32,000 nucleotides of DNA from Gemmata obscuriglobus (lineage in GTDB: Bacteria; Planctomycetota; Planctomycetia; Gemmatales; Gemmataceae), in the NCBI RefSeq assembly GCF_008065095.1, contig NZ_CP042911.1, forward strand, positions 1,710,001-1,742,000, given 5' to 3'. Shown here one piece after another: positions 8,630-17,910 of the stretch (position 1 is its first letter; every line of letters starts with the position of its first letter). The notes under the pieces were generated by a model. That model worked only from the letters and a program-made list of their open reading frames with translations, searched no databases and was not told where the DNA came from. The translations under genes were made by a program, and so were the position numbers.

Positions 8630-10132
8630 TCATAACTGCGTCTCGGCCACTTCGATCGCACGCAGCAGGCTCGCGGCCTTGTCTACGGTTTCCTGATACT
8701 CGGTTGCCGGGACGCTGTCCGCGACCAGACCGGCGCCGGCCTGAACGTAAGCGGTTTGGCCCAGCAGCACCATCGTGCGGAGAGCGATGCAGGTGTCCAT
8801 GTTGCCGCCGAAGTCCACGTACCCGACCGCGCCCCCGTAAGGGCCGCGGCGGTGCGGCTCGAGTTCGTCGATGATCTCCATCGCCCGCACCTTCGGCGCC
8901 CCCGACAGTGTGCCCGCCGGCAGGCTCGCCCGCATCGCGTCGAACGCGGTCAACTCCGGCCTCAGCTTGCCGGTCACGGTGCTGGACAGGTGCATGACGT
9001 GGCTGTACCGCTCGACGGTCAGCAGGTCGCTGATCTTCACGCTACCCAGTTCGGCGACGCGGCCCACGTCGTTGCGGGCGAGGTCCACGAGCATGATGTG
9101 CTCGGCCCGCTCCTTGGGGTCGGCGAGGAGTTCGGTCGCCAGTTGCGCGTCTTCCTCCGGGGTGGCGCCGCGGCGCCGGGTGCCGGCGAGCGGGCGGTTC
9201 GTGATGACGCCGTTCTCCACCCGGCACATGATTTCGGGCGAGGCGCCCACCAGCGTGACCGCCCCGGCGCGGAGGTAGAACATGAACGGGCTGGGGTTCA
9301 CCACCCGCAGCGCGCGGTAGATGTCGAACGGCCGGGCCGTCGTTTCGGTGCGGAACCGCTGGCTGAGCACGATCTGGAACGCGTCGCCGGCGTTGATGTA
9401 CTCGCGGGCCTTCTCCACCGCCGCCTCGAACCCCGCGCGGGTGAAATTGGAGGCCAGGGGCGGGCGGGCGCCCGCGGCGGCGCGGGGGGCCTTCGGGTCG
9501 ATGTCGGTGAGTTGCAGGTCCGCGACGCCGCGCTGGAGCCGCTCCACCAACTCATCGACCTGCCGGCACGCGGCGGCGTAAGCGGCGCGGAGGTCGTCGT
9601 TCGCGCGGGTTCGGGCGTGTGCGACCGCCAGGATCGTTTTCGCGGCGTGGTCGAACACCACCATGCGGTCGTAGAAGCCAAAGCTGAGGTCGGGCAGCCC
9701 ACGGTCGTCGTTGGGGGCGTTCGGCAGGCGCTCAACGTAGCGAACGGTGTCGTACCCGGCGTACCCGACCGCGCCACCGCAGAATCGCGGCAGCCCCGGG
9801 AGGTGCGGCGCCCGGAACTCGCCGATCATGTCTTCCAGCACGCGGAGCGGATCGGCGGATTCGCCCTCGACCGTCTTCGCGCCCTCGCGGGTGACGGTGC
9901 GGGTGCCGAACGCCTCGAACGTGCGGAACGGTCCGGCCCCGAGGAAGCTGTACCGCCCCACCCGCTCCCCACCGACGACGCTCTCGAACAGGAACGACCA
10001 GTCCCCCTCCTGGAGCTTGCAGAACGCCGACACGGGCGTGAGCGTGTCCGCGGTGAGGCGCCGGTACACGGGGACAACGGTGTGCTCGCGGGCGAGCGCC
10101 GCGAACTCGTCGAACGTCGGACGAAAGTGCAT
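8630..10132 (-). CDS. trpE: Anthranilate synthase component I
   Basis: 500-aa ORF with the chorismate-binding fold pattern: [64 protein letters not shown]. Confidence 0.93.
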   Translation of the reverse strand: MHFRPTFDEFAALAREHTVVPVYRRLTADTLTPVSAFCKLQEGDWSFLFESVVGGERVGRYSFLGAGPFRTFEAFGTRTVTREGAKTVEGESADPLRVLEDMIGEFRAPHLPGLPRFCGGAVGYAGYDTVRYVERLPNAPNDDRGLPDLSFGFYDRMVVFDHAAKTILAVAHARTRANDDLRAAYAAACRQVDELVERLQRGVADLQLTDIDPKAPRAAAGARPPLASNFTRAGFEAAVEKAREYINAGDAFQIVLSQRFRTETTARPFDIYRALRVVNPSPFMFYLRAGAVTLVGASPEIMCRVENGVITNRPLAGTRRRGATPEEDAQLATELLADPKERAEHIMLVDLARNDVGRVAELGSVKISDLLTVERYSHVMHLSSTVTGKLRPELTAFDAMRASLPAGTLSGAPKVRAMEIIDELEPHRRGPYGGAVGYVDFGGNMDTCIALRTMVLLGQTAYVQAGAGLVADSVPATEYQETVDKAASLLRAIEVAETQL

Positions 10133-10135
10133 GAT

Positions 10136-10185
10136 CGAACCCGGGATGCGACGGAAACTGGTGTTATTGTCGCGACCCGGGTTCG
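10136..10185 (-). promoter_or_regulatory. Strong hairpin ending 3 nt upstream of the trpE ATG (candidate translational or termination control element)
   Basis: + strand cgaacccgggatgcgac (10136-10152) pairs with gtcgcgacccgggttcg (10169-10185). On the mRNA the 3' arm abuts the AUG (10130-10132). Confidence 0.35.
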
Positions 10186-10213
10186 GAATGGCGAGCGTAC
10201 CTTTGCCATGCGG

Positions 10214-12133
10214 TCACTTGGGCTTCGCCGACTCGATCCCTTCCAGACGCGTGATCAGCGTGCGGAGTTCGTCGAGCGTCTTTTCGTCCCCGCGGACCAG
10301 GATCGTGTTCGTGCGCGGGTCGGCCGCCAGATCCGTATTGGGGAAGAGCGGCTTGAGCGTGAGGATCATTTCATCGGCCTTGCTGACCTTGAGGGGAAAT
10401 ACGTTAAGGAATTTACTCGGGGGAGTTACGGCAGGACCATTCCCCCATCCCCCGCTCGGGCTTCCCCCGCTCCCCCATGTCCCGCCCGAGCTTCCCCCGC
10501 TTGAGCCCCGCCCATCCATGCCGGAACCTCCAAACCCGCCACGGCCCGAGCGGGGAGCGCTGCCTCCAGAGCCCGGGGTATCGGTTCGACTATTCCCTCC
10601 AGGGCTGTTCCCGCCCGAACTGCCTGCGGCGGCGCGAGCCGCTTCATTCCGGGCGTGGTAATCGAGGTACTGCGCTTTCGTCATGGTGCCCGATTCCGGT
10701 AACGGGATGCCGCCGCTGCGCTCGGTCACGCCCTTGAGCCACTCGCGCGTCTGCGGCGGAATCGAACCGAGGTCCACGGTGTCACCAGTGCTGTTCGTGA
10801 GCCGCTGGAGCATCTGCCATCCGCGTTCCGGGTCTTGCGTACTACGTCCGCTACCCGCGCCGGTTGCGCTACCACCCTCGCTACCCGCACCGCCCGATGC
10901 GCTTCCCATGAATGGCGAGCTAGTGGGTTTCACCTTCTTGAACACGAGGGTCAGTTCTCCCTGTCCGAACCGCTCGGAACCGCAGAACTCCCAGCCCGCA
11001 TTGCCGTGCTGAGCGATGGCCGCCTCGAATGCCTTACGGTCGCTCTTGATGTCCACGAACTTGTGTTCCACGTTCGGTACGGGAGGCGTGACGGGGCCGC
11101 TGGAACTGCCCAACCCACCCGGACCGCCCATACCGGGACCGGTTCCACCAGGCATGCCACCGGGAAACGCCCCACCGGGGGGCAAGCCCGGTGCCCCACT
11201 ACCACCAGGCGAAGGCGCACCACTGCCCGGCCGCCCTCGCCCCGGCTCTTGCGCGTCCATCGCCCCGGTGAGGTCCTTGATCTCTCGCACCACATCGGGC
11301 GACTGTGCGTCGGCGTGCGACAGCAGCGCCGCCCCGCCGGTTAACCCGACCGCTGCGACCAGTACGGTCGCAGTCGCCATCAACTTCGCACGCATCGTGA
11401 GCCCCTCTGTAAGCCCGCGGGCAAGCCCCGTGACAGCAGCCGAAGCCGCGCCGGGTGTTCGCGGAAACGTTTTCACCACGTCGAACAACTTCGTGGGCAC
11501 GGCGCTGGCGCCGCCGGCCGCCAATCCGATCCCGACCGCCGCCGTGGGAGCGATCCCGCGCGCCGCAAGCCGGTCCAGTAACCGCTGCCGGGCCTTGCAG
11601 AGTCGCCCCGACAGCGACCCGAGCGGCCACCCCAGACGCGCCGCCGCGTCCGGTTGCGGCACCCCCTCCAGATCGCACAGCACGAACGCGACCCGCTCGG
11701 CCTCGGGGAGGTGCTGCACTTCCTCGTGTGCCGCGCGCAGGAGGGCGTTCCAGGTGCCGTCGGAAACGGGCCGGGATGCTTCCGGGCGCGCAACTTTCTG
11801 CTCGCGCGCTTTTCGCCGGGCGATCGAGCGCTTGACTCGCGTGGCAGCTCGCACCGCGACTCCGTGTAGCCACGCCGGCAGCGCCCGTCCGTCGCGGACG
11901 GTGCGTGCGGACCGGACCAGCGCGAGGAACACGGCCTGGAACGCGTCTTCGGCGTCGGCGTGGTCGGGCAGCAGGTGCCGGCACACGGCCCACACCAGCG
12001 GCCCGTGCCGTCGCACCAGTTCCTCGAACGCGGTCTGGTCGCCGTCGCGCGCGAAGCGCGACAGCAGGTCCGCGTCCGGGGTGAGGGACTCGGCCTTCCG
12101 GGCGACGGCTTGGAGCAGCGTTCGACTCATCAC
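10214..12133 (-). CDS. ECF-type sigma-70 factor fused to a TM anchor and a ~400-aa extracytoplasmic tail ending in a secretin-N/NolW-like domain
   Basis: Region 2: FEELVRRHGPLVWAVCRHLL...AEDAFQAVFLAL. Region 4: LPEAERVAFVLCDLEGVPQPDAAARLGWPLGSLSGRLCKARQRL. TM: LMATATVLVAAVGLTGGAALL. Gly/Ser/Pro-rich linkers follow. The C-terminus VFPLKVSKADEMILTLKPLFPNTDLAADPRTNTILVRGDEKTLDELRTLITRLEGIE resembles secretin N-domains. Start is GTG 12133 or ATG 12130. Confidence 0.85.
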   Translation of the reverse strand: MMSRTLLQAVARKAESLTPDADLLSRFARDGDQTAFEELVRRHGPLVWAVCRHLLPDHADAEDAFQAVFLALVRSARTVRDGRALPAWLHGVAVRAATRVKRSIARRKAREQKVARPEASRPVSDGTWNALLRAAHEEVQHLPEAERVAFVLCDLEGVPQPDAAARLGWPLGSLSGRLCKARQRLLDRLAARGIAPTAAVGIGLAAGGASAVPTKLFDVVKTFPRTPGAASAAVTGLARGLTEGLTMRAKLMATATVLVAAVGLTGGAALLSHADAQSPDVVREIKDLTGAMDAQEPGRGRPGSGAPSPGGSGAPGLPPGGAFPGGMPGGTGPGMGGPGGLGSSSGPVTPPVPNVEHKFVDIKSDRKAFEAAIAQHGNAGWEFCGSERFGQGELTLVFKKVKPTSSPFMGSASGGAGSEGGSATGAGSGRSTQDPERGWQMLQRLTNSTGDTVDLGSIPPQTREWLKGVTERSGGIPLPESGTMTKAQYLDYHARNEAARAAAGSSGGNSPGGNSRTDTPGSGGSAPRSGRGGFGGSGMDGRGSSGGSSGGTWGSGGSPSGGWGNGPAVTPPSKFLNVFPLKVSKADEMILTLKPLFPNTDLAADPRTNTILVRGDEKTLDELRTLITRLEGIESAKPK

Positions 12134-12174
12134 AAATAGGTTCCCGCGCCCGGCCGGTTCCTACTAGTGACGAG

Positions 12175-12215
12175 AAAAATAAAACCCCGGCCGGCGCACG
12201 TGGCGCCGGCCGGGG
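12175..12215 (-). terminator. Rho-independent terminator (minus strand) of the upstream, IS-disrupted gene
   Basis: 13-bp perfect stem ccccggccggcgc / gcgccggccgggg (12185-12215). On the minus strand it is followed by ttttattttt (12175-12184). Confidence 0.75.
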
Positions 12216-12241
12216 CAAGAAGGTTGGGATTCGCGTGTCCG

Positions 12242-12320
12242 TTACGGCTTCAATGGAGGTACCGGAAGCGTCATGGTCGGGGGCACAGTGGGCGCAGCTT
12301 TCTCGGGCACTGGCATCAAC
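12242..12320 (-). pseudogene. 3'-terminal fragment (25 codons plus stop) of a gene interrupted by IS copy A
   Basis: The minus-strand frame reads (L)LMPVPEKAAPTVPPTMTLPVPPLKP* and ends at TAA 12242-12244, just before the terminator. The frame is continuous with 13800-14509 once 12321-13799 is removed. Confidence 0.6.
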
Positions 12321-13799
12321 CTGTACTTTCCGCGAATTTGTAGGCCGGGCGGTGATGGTGGTACGTTCGGAGTAGACGAATGCCGGCCCGTCCGGGAGGA
12401 TGGCGTTACCACACGACCTCCCAACCCGAACGGACGCGGCGATGCCATCTTCGCACACTCCGGCCCCGCGGTGCCAGTGGTTTTCGATTCTGGCCGGTGC
12501 CTTGGATCGGCGCTCGGGCCGGCGGTTGGCGCTGTTGTTCCTGGGGGTGCTGTTGGCCCGCGGGCGACAGGCCCGGAGTTGCTGGATCCGAGCCGCCGGG
12601 TTGTCGTCCCAGTACCGCCGCTGCTACCCCACCGCGGCCGCCGTCGGGCGCCGGGCCGAGGCCATCGCCACCCGGTTGTTGGTCGAGGTGCTCCGGCCGT
12701 TGGTGACCGGGCCGCGGGTCGTGCTCGCGTTGGATGACACCCCGACGGCGCGGTACGGTTCCCAGGTGCAAGGGGCCGGGGTGCACCACAACCCGACCCC
12801 CGGGCCGGCCGGGAGCGGGTTCGTGTACGGGCACGTGTGGGTGGTCCTCGGGTTGCTGGTGGCGCACCCGCTGGGCGGGGTCGTGGCGTTACCCCTGTTG
12901 GCCCGGCGGTACATCCGGAAGGCGAACCTGGGGGCGGTTCGGGCGGCGGACCGGCCCCCGTTCGCAACCAAGCTGACCATGGCCGTGGGCTTGGTGCGGT
13001 GGGCGCACGGGTGGCTGGCGTTGTGGGGGAAGGCGGTGTGGGTGGTGGCCGACGGGGCGTACGCCCAGGGGCCGGTGCTCAAGCCGCTGCGGAAGCTCGG
13101 GGTGACGGTGGTGAGCCGACTGCGCCGGGATGCGGCCCTGTGCTCGGTGCCACCGGCGCGAGTACCCGGGCGGCCCGGGCGGCCGCGGGTGTACGGGACC
13201 GAGCGGGTGTCGCTGGCCAAGCGGGCCGCCCACCCCGGCGGGTGGAGCACCGGCATGTTCACCGTGTACGGGAAGTCGGTCGAGAAGCGGTACAAGACGT
13301 TCGTGGCCACGTGGCGCCCGGCCGGTGGGGCGATCCGGGTGGTGTTGGTGGACGAGCCCCACGGATGGGTCGCGTTCTTCGGCACCGACACCACCGCGAC
13401 CGTGGCCGACATCCTGGAGCGGGTGGCCGACCGGTTCACCCTGGAGACCTGTTTTCGGGATCTCAAACAAGTCGCCGGGGCGGGTCAGCAGCAGGTGCGC
13501 GGGGTGCCGTCGAACGTGGGGTGCTTCCACCTGTGCGCGTGGGCCCACACCCTGACCGAGGTGTGGGCCTGGAACCAGAACGCCGAGGCCCTGGTGGGGC
13601 ACCGATCCGCATCCCCGTGGGACGACCCGAACCGGCGCCCGAGCCACGCGGACAAGCGCCGGGCCTGGCAACACGAGCTGTTGGCCCAGGAGATTCAGGC
13701 CGTTGTGGGCGAGCACCACGACCACGCGAAAATCCGCGACCTCGCCCACCGGTGCTTGGATCTGGCCGCGTGAGCGCGGCCGATTCGCGGAAACTACAG
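12321..13799 (+). mobile_element. IS4/IS701-like insertion sequence, copy A (1479 bp)
   Basis: Terminal inverted repeats: CTGTACTTTCCGCGAAT (12321-) and the reverse complement of CTGTAGTTTCCGCGAAT (-13799). One DDE transposase ORF. Boundaries were defined by comparison with inverted copy B. CAAC occurs at 12317-12320 and 13802-13805 (2-nt offset), so a 4-bp TSD is possible but not clean. Confidence 0.85.
12400..13773 (+). CDS. DDE transposase (IS4 superfamily, IS701-like)
   Basis: 457-aa ORF with candidate catalytic regions VVLALDDTPTARYG, VWVVADGAYAQ and ERVADRFTLETCFRDLKQ. The protein is identical to the ORF at 15346-16719. Confidence 0.85.
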   Translation: MALPHDLPTRTDAAMPSSHTPAPRCQWFSILAGALDRRSGRRLALLFLGVLLARGRQARSCWIRAAGLSSQYRRCYPTAAAVGRRAEAIATRLLVEVLRPLVTGPRVVLALDDTPTARYGSQVQGAGVHHNPTPGPAGSGFVYGHVWVVLGLLVAHPLGGVVALPLLARRYIRKANLGAVRAADRPPFATKLTMAVGLVRWAHGWLALWGKAVWVVADGAYAQGPVLKPLRKLGVTVVSRLRRDAALCSVPPARVPGRPGRPRVYGTERVSLAKRAAHPGGWSTGMFTVYGKSVEKRYKTFVATWRPAGGAIRVVLVDEPHGWVAFFGTDTTATVADILERVADRFTLETCFRDLKQVAGAGQQQVRGVPSNVGCFHLCAWAHTLTEVWAWNQNAEALVGHRSASPWDDPNRRPSHADKRRAWQHELLAQEIQAVVGEHHDHAKIRDLAHRCLDLAA

Positions 13800-14509
13800 A
13801 GCAACGGGATCGCATGCGACGAAGGAGCATGCGCTGGCATCGGCTGGGCGGCCGGCGCCGCTTCCTGCGGGGGCGCACATATGACAGGAGGCAACTCGAT
13901 GCCGCAATACGCTTCGGCCTTAAACGCGATTGTAAGTTGGTCGCTCGCTGCAACTTTCTGGGCCACAAGCCCCGGACCCGCGATCGGGGTGATCGAAACC
14001 GTTTTGGTTGTGAGTGAGGTCAGCGTTCCGGCTGTGGCTTGGTCCCGGATCGCCTTTTGTTGAAACAGGTCGTAGGCGATCCGCTTTACCTCCGCCTCGG
14101 GAATCACAACTGCACCCTTTTCGTTCGCTATCGCCATCGCCCCGCAGGAGCAGGGAACGGTGATGTTGCCCAACTCAAACACGAGGTCAATTTTGTAATC
14201 CTTGGCCGCGATCCCGGTCGGCTGCGCCCAAGTGAGCTTCAAGTCGCCGGACACCTTGGTGGCAACGGGTGTGTATCCGCTCGGCTTTTCGGGGCGCAGT
14301 GCGTACGTAACAGTCACCTCGGCTTTTGCGGCCGAAAAGCCCGCAGCGGGCGGAGCGGGAGCCGGCTTTGTACCGACGACCGGAATCAGCAACTCGCGAG
14401 TCACTCCGTATGGGGTAGCGACGTGGATCGTGGCCTTTGCACTATGGGCTAGCGGTAGGGCGCCCGCCTCCACCTCCACTTGCATCACTTGGTGGCTGAG
14501 TAACGTCAC
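13800..14509 (-). pseudogene. Internal fragment of a hypothetical beta-rich protein; 3' end cut by IS copy A, 5' end probably cut by the IS66 remnant
   Basis: The ORF reads (V)TLLSHQVMQVEVEAGALPL...DLVFELGNITVPCSCGAMAIANEKG...PPVICAPPQEAAPAAQPMPAHAPSSHAIPLL, then runs into the IS terminal repeat at 13799. There is no signal peptide or clear start. The in-frame stop of the IS66 ORF lies 30 nt upstream. Confidence 0.55.
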
Positions 14510-14539
14510 TTTCTTGACAGCTAGTGGTGCGGTACTTGT

Positions 14540-15319
14540 TTAGCGCGCCGGTAGTAGAACCGGTCGAGGTAGGAGCCGGTTTCCGAAGCATCGCAACGTG
14601 TGGCTGACGTGATCCACGACCGAGAGGGTCCGGCGGCGGCACGTCTCGAACACGGACATCAACACGCCTTGCGCCTTCGCGCCCGCGGCGGTCCGGTTCC
14701 CGCCCCACACCTTGCGGTTCACAACCGCGGGGCGAATCGCCTGCTCGGCCTTCCAGTTGGTGGGCTCGACCCGCGGGTCGAACACGAACGTAAACCACTG
14801 CTCGAAATGGTTCCACAGGTGCTTCGCCAGCGTCACGTACGCCGGCACCGCCCGCGGTCGCGTCACCAACTCCAGCAGGCGGTCGTCGAACTGCGACCGG
14901 TGCGCGTCCCGTTGGTCGTCGGTCCACGTCCCCGGCGCGTACTCATTCCGCCAGTGGATCGCCTCGGTGAACCGCGCGATCACCTGGCGCGGGAACCGCA
15001 CGGCCCCGCGGGTCGCCCGCTCCAGCAGTTCCCGCGCGCGGCGGAGCACATGGGCCAGGCACTGCTGGTGGATCGCCCCCTCGAATCGCTCGTAGGAGGC
15101 GAACCCGTCGTGGCTCAGGACGCCCGACCAGTCCGCCCCGATCACCCGCTCCAGGGCGTCGGCGCTGCGTTGTGAGTCGATGGCGTACGCGGTGTCCCGG
15201 TCACCGACCCACGCGTGGGGCCAGGCCGTGTGCCCCCCGATCCGCCACCCGGTCTCGTCCGCCGCGATCGGCTCGGACGACCGCACGTGGTCGAGGATCC
15301 GCTGGTAATCCGGTTCCAG
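14540..15319 (-). pseudogene. IS66-family transposase (TnpC), C-terminal ~260 aa only; 5' half removed at the junction with IS copy B
   Basis: LEPDYQRILDHVRSSEPIAADETGWRIGG...DGFASYERF...QQCLAHVLRRARELLE...FDPRVEPTNWKAEQAIRPAVVNRKVWGGNRTAAGAKAQGVLMSVFETCRR is typical IS66 TnpC. The reading frame starts exactly at the IS junction, 15319/15320. Confidence 0.8.
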
Positions 15320-15345
15320 CTGTAGTTTCCGCGAATCGGCCGCGC

Positions 15346-16719
15346 TCACGCGGCCAGATCCAAGCACCGGTGGGCGAGGTCGCGGATTTTCGCGTGGTCG
15401 TGGTGCTCGCCCACAACGGCCTGAATCTCCTGGGCCAACAGCTCGTGTTGCCAGGCCCGGCGCTTGTCCGCGTGGCTCGGGCGCCGGTTCGGGTCGTCCC
15501 ACGGGGATGCGGATCGGTGCCCCACCAGGGCCTCGGCGTTCTGGTTCCAGGCCCACACCTCGGTCAGGGTGTGGGCCCACGCGCACAGGTGGAAGCACCC
15601 CACGTTCGACGGCACCCCGCGCACCTGCTGCTGACCCGCCCCGGCGACTTGTTTGAGATCCCGAAAACAGGTCTCCAGGGTGAACCGGTCGGCCACCCGC
15701 TCCAGGATGTCGGCCACGGTCGCGGTGGTGTCGGTGCCGAAGAACGCGACCCATCCGTGGGGCTCGTCCACCAACACCACCCGGATCGCCCCACCGGCCG
15801 GGCGCCACGTGGCCACGAACGTCTTGTACCGCTTCTCGACCGACTTCCCGTACACGGTGAACATGCCGGTGCTCCACCCGCCGGGGTGGGCGGCCCGCTT
15901 GGCCAGCGACACCCGCTCGGTCCCGTACACCCGCGGCCGCCCGGGCCGCCCGGGTACTCGCGCCGGTGGCACCGAGCACAGGGCCGCATCCCGGCGCAGT
16001 CGGCTCACCACCGTCACCCCGAGCTTCCGCAGCGGCTTGAGCACCGGCCCCTGGGCGTACGCCCCGTCGGCCACCACCCACACCGCCTTCCCCCACAACG
16101 CCAGCCACCCGTGCGCCCACCGCACCAAGCCCACGGCCATGGTCAGCTTGGTTGCGAACGGGGGCCGGTCCGCCGCCCGAACCGCCCCCAGGTTCGCCTT
16201 CCGGATGTACCGCCGGGCCAACAGGGGTAACGCCACGACCCCGCCCAGCGGGTGCGCCACCAGCAACCCGAGGACCACCCACACGTGCCCGTACACGAAC
16301 CCGCTCCCGGCCGGCCCGGGGGTCGGGTTGTGGTGCACCCCGGCCCCTTGCACCTGGGAACCGTACCGCGCCGTCGGGGTGTCATCCAACGCGAGCACGA
16401 CCCGCGGCCCGGTCACCAACGGCCGGAGCACCTCGACCAACAACCGGGTGGCGATGGCCTCGGCCCGGCGCCCGACGGCGGCCGCGGTGGGGTAGCAGCG
16501 GCGGTACTGGGACGACAACCCGGCGGCTCGGATCCAGCAACTCCGGGCCTGTCGCCCGCGGGCCAACAGCACCCCCAGGAACAACAGCGCCAACCGCCGG
16601 CCCGAGCGCCGATCCAAGGCACCGGCCAGAATCGAAAACCACTGGCACCGCGGGGCCGGAGTGTGCGAAGATGGCATCGCCGCGTCCGTTCGGGTTGGGA
16701 GGTCGTGTGGTAACGCCAT
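15346..16719 (-). CDS. DDE transposase (IS4 superfamily, IS701-like), copy B
   Basis: Identical 457-aa product to 12400-13773. The 11 extra N-terminal residues in the ORF track (to 16752) come from read-in across the IS3 junction. Confidence 0.8.
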   Translation of the reverse strand: MALPHDLPTRTDAAMPSSHTPAPRCQWFSILAGALDRRSGRRLALLFLGVLLARGRQARSCWIRAAGLSSQYRRCYPTAAAVGRRAEAIATRLLVEVLRPLVTGPRVVLALDDTPTARYGSQVQGAGVHHNPTPGPAGSGFVYGHVWVVLGLLVAHPLGGVVALPLLARRYIRKANLGAVRAADRPPFATKLTMAVGLVRWAHGWLALWGKAVWVVADGAYAQGPVLKPLRKLGVTVVSRLRRDAALCSVPPARVPGRPGRPRVYGTERVSLAKRAAHPGGWSTGMFTVYGKSVEKRYKTFVATWRPAGGAIRVVLVDEPHGWVAFFGTDTTATVADILERVADRFTLETCFRDLKQVAGAGQQQVRGVPSNVGCFHLCAWAHTLTEVWAWNQNAEALVGHRSASPWDDPNRRPSHADKRRAWQHELLAQEIQAVVGEHHDHAKIRDLAHRCLDLAA

Positions 16720-16781
16720 CCTCCCGGACGGGCCGGCTACAGTGGACCCCATTGTCTAGACCAAAAAGTTGCTATCCTTCG

Positions 16782-17648
16782 CTACTGTTTCGTCGGGGCC
16801 TTCGTGGCTCCGACGCCATACACCTGAGCCGGGGTGCGGTAGTCCAGGGACTGGTGTAACCGCTCGGTGTTGTAGAACCCGAAGTACGCCCGGAGCCCAC
16901 TCTCCAGGGCCGGCACCGACTCGTAACCCTTGAGGTACACGTCCTCGTACTTGACGCTCCGCCACAGGCGCTCCACGAACACGTTGTCCAGGCACCGGCC
17001 CCGCCCGTCCATGCTCACCGCGACCCCGGCCCGCTCCAATCGCCCGACCCACGCGGCGGCCGTGAACTGGACTCCCTGGTCCGTGTTGAACACCTCCGGC
17101 TTGCCCCGGCCCAAGGCCTCCTCCAGCATGTCCTGGCAGAATGACCCGTCCAACGTGTTGGACAGTCGCCAGGCCACCACGTACCGGCTGAACCAGTCCA
17201 TCGTTGCGGCCAGGTACATGAACCCGGTGGGCATCGGGATGTACGTGATGTCCGTGCTCCACACCTGATGGACCCGGTCGATGGCCACGCCCCGCAACAG
17301 GTACGGGTACACCTTGTGCCCGGACCCGACCGACAGCTTGGGCTTGGGGTACAGGGCCTCCAACCCCATGATCCGCAACAGCCGCTGCACCCGCTTGCGG
17401 TTCACCTCGTGGCCCTGGGTGCCCAGCCACGCGGCCAGGCGCCGGCTCCCGTAGAACGGGCACGTCGTGTACTGCTCGTCGATCAACCGCATCAGCGTCA
17501 GGTTCTCCGCGCTCTCCGGGGTCGGCTCGTAGTACACCGTCGAGCGGTTCAATCCGATCAGCTCGCACTGGCGCCGGACGCTCAGCTCCGGGTGCTCGGC
17601 CTCGATCCGGGCACGCTTGGCCTCAGCCGAGGGCGGCCGATTTTTTTT
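16782..17648 (-). CDS. IS3-family transposase OrfB (integrase-like DDE domain), expressed as an OrfAB fusion if at all
   Basis: The frame is open from the A9 run: KKNRPPSAEAKRARIEAEHPELSVRRQCELIGLNRSTVYYEP...WSTDITYIPM...FNTDQGVQFT...ERLWRSVKYEDVY. This is the rve-type DDE pattern. Confidence 0.8.
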   Translation of the reverse strand, partial: KKNRPPSAEAKRARIEAEHPELSVRRQCELIGLNRSTVYYEPTPESAENLTLMRLIDEQYTTCPFYGSRRLAAWLGTQGHEVNRKRVQRLLRIMGLEALYPKPKLSVGSGHKVYPYLLRGVAIDRVHQVWSTDITYIPMPTGFMYLAATMDWFSRYVVAWRLSNTLDGSFCQDMLEEALGRGKPEVFNTDQGVQFTAAAWVGRLERAGVAVSMDGRGRCLDNVFVERLWRSVKYEDVYLKGYESVPALESGLRAYFGFYNTERLHQSLDYRTPAQVYGVGATKAPTKQ

Positions 17649-17910
17649 TCACCCAGTCGAGTTCCACCTTGAGGCGGCCGATCTGCTCGTACAACTCGGT
17701 CGTCTTGTCTTCCGGGGGGCCGGTGCCCTTCGCCCCCGAGGCGAACACGGCCTCGGCCCCGGTGAGCAACTGCTTCTTCCACCCATGAATCAGGGTCGGG
17801 TGGACGCCGTGCTGACTCGCCAGTTCGTTGATGGTCTTGTCGCCCTTGAGGGCCGCCAGCGCGACCTGGGCCTTGAACGCCGCCGAGTGACTCTTCCGCT
17901 TGCCCGCCAT
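17623..17910 (-). CDS. IS3-family transposase OrfA (HTH)
   Basis: MAGKRKSHSAAFKAQVALAALKGDKTINELASQHGVHPTLIHGWKKQLL...LYEQIGRLKVELDWVKKK. The ORF ends shortly after the A9 run at 17641-17649. Confidence 0.85.
   Translation of the reverse strand: MAGKRKSHSAAFKAQVALAALKGDKTINELASQHGVHPTLIHGWKKQLLTGAEAVFASGAKGTGPPEDKTTELYEQIGRLKVELDWVKKKSAALG

Noticed and set aside
10133-10213. A classical Trp-codon leader peptide or attenuator upstream of trpE.
   Set aside because: No short ORF with tandem Trp codons exists. The only ATG-initiated frame (MAKVRSP...) runs on for 127 aa as a shadow ORF over trpE. The hairpin has no U-tract.
14540-16282. The 580-aa ORF (and its mirror, 12837-14063, 408 aa) that seems to fuse IS sequence with an IS66 transposase.
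   Set aside because: It is chimeric. Only the C-terminal ~260 aa (14540-15319) are IS66 TnpC-like. The rest is an out-of-frame shadow read through the inverted IS copy, and the identical shadow exists in copy A.
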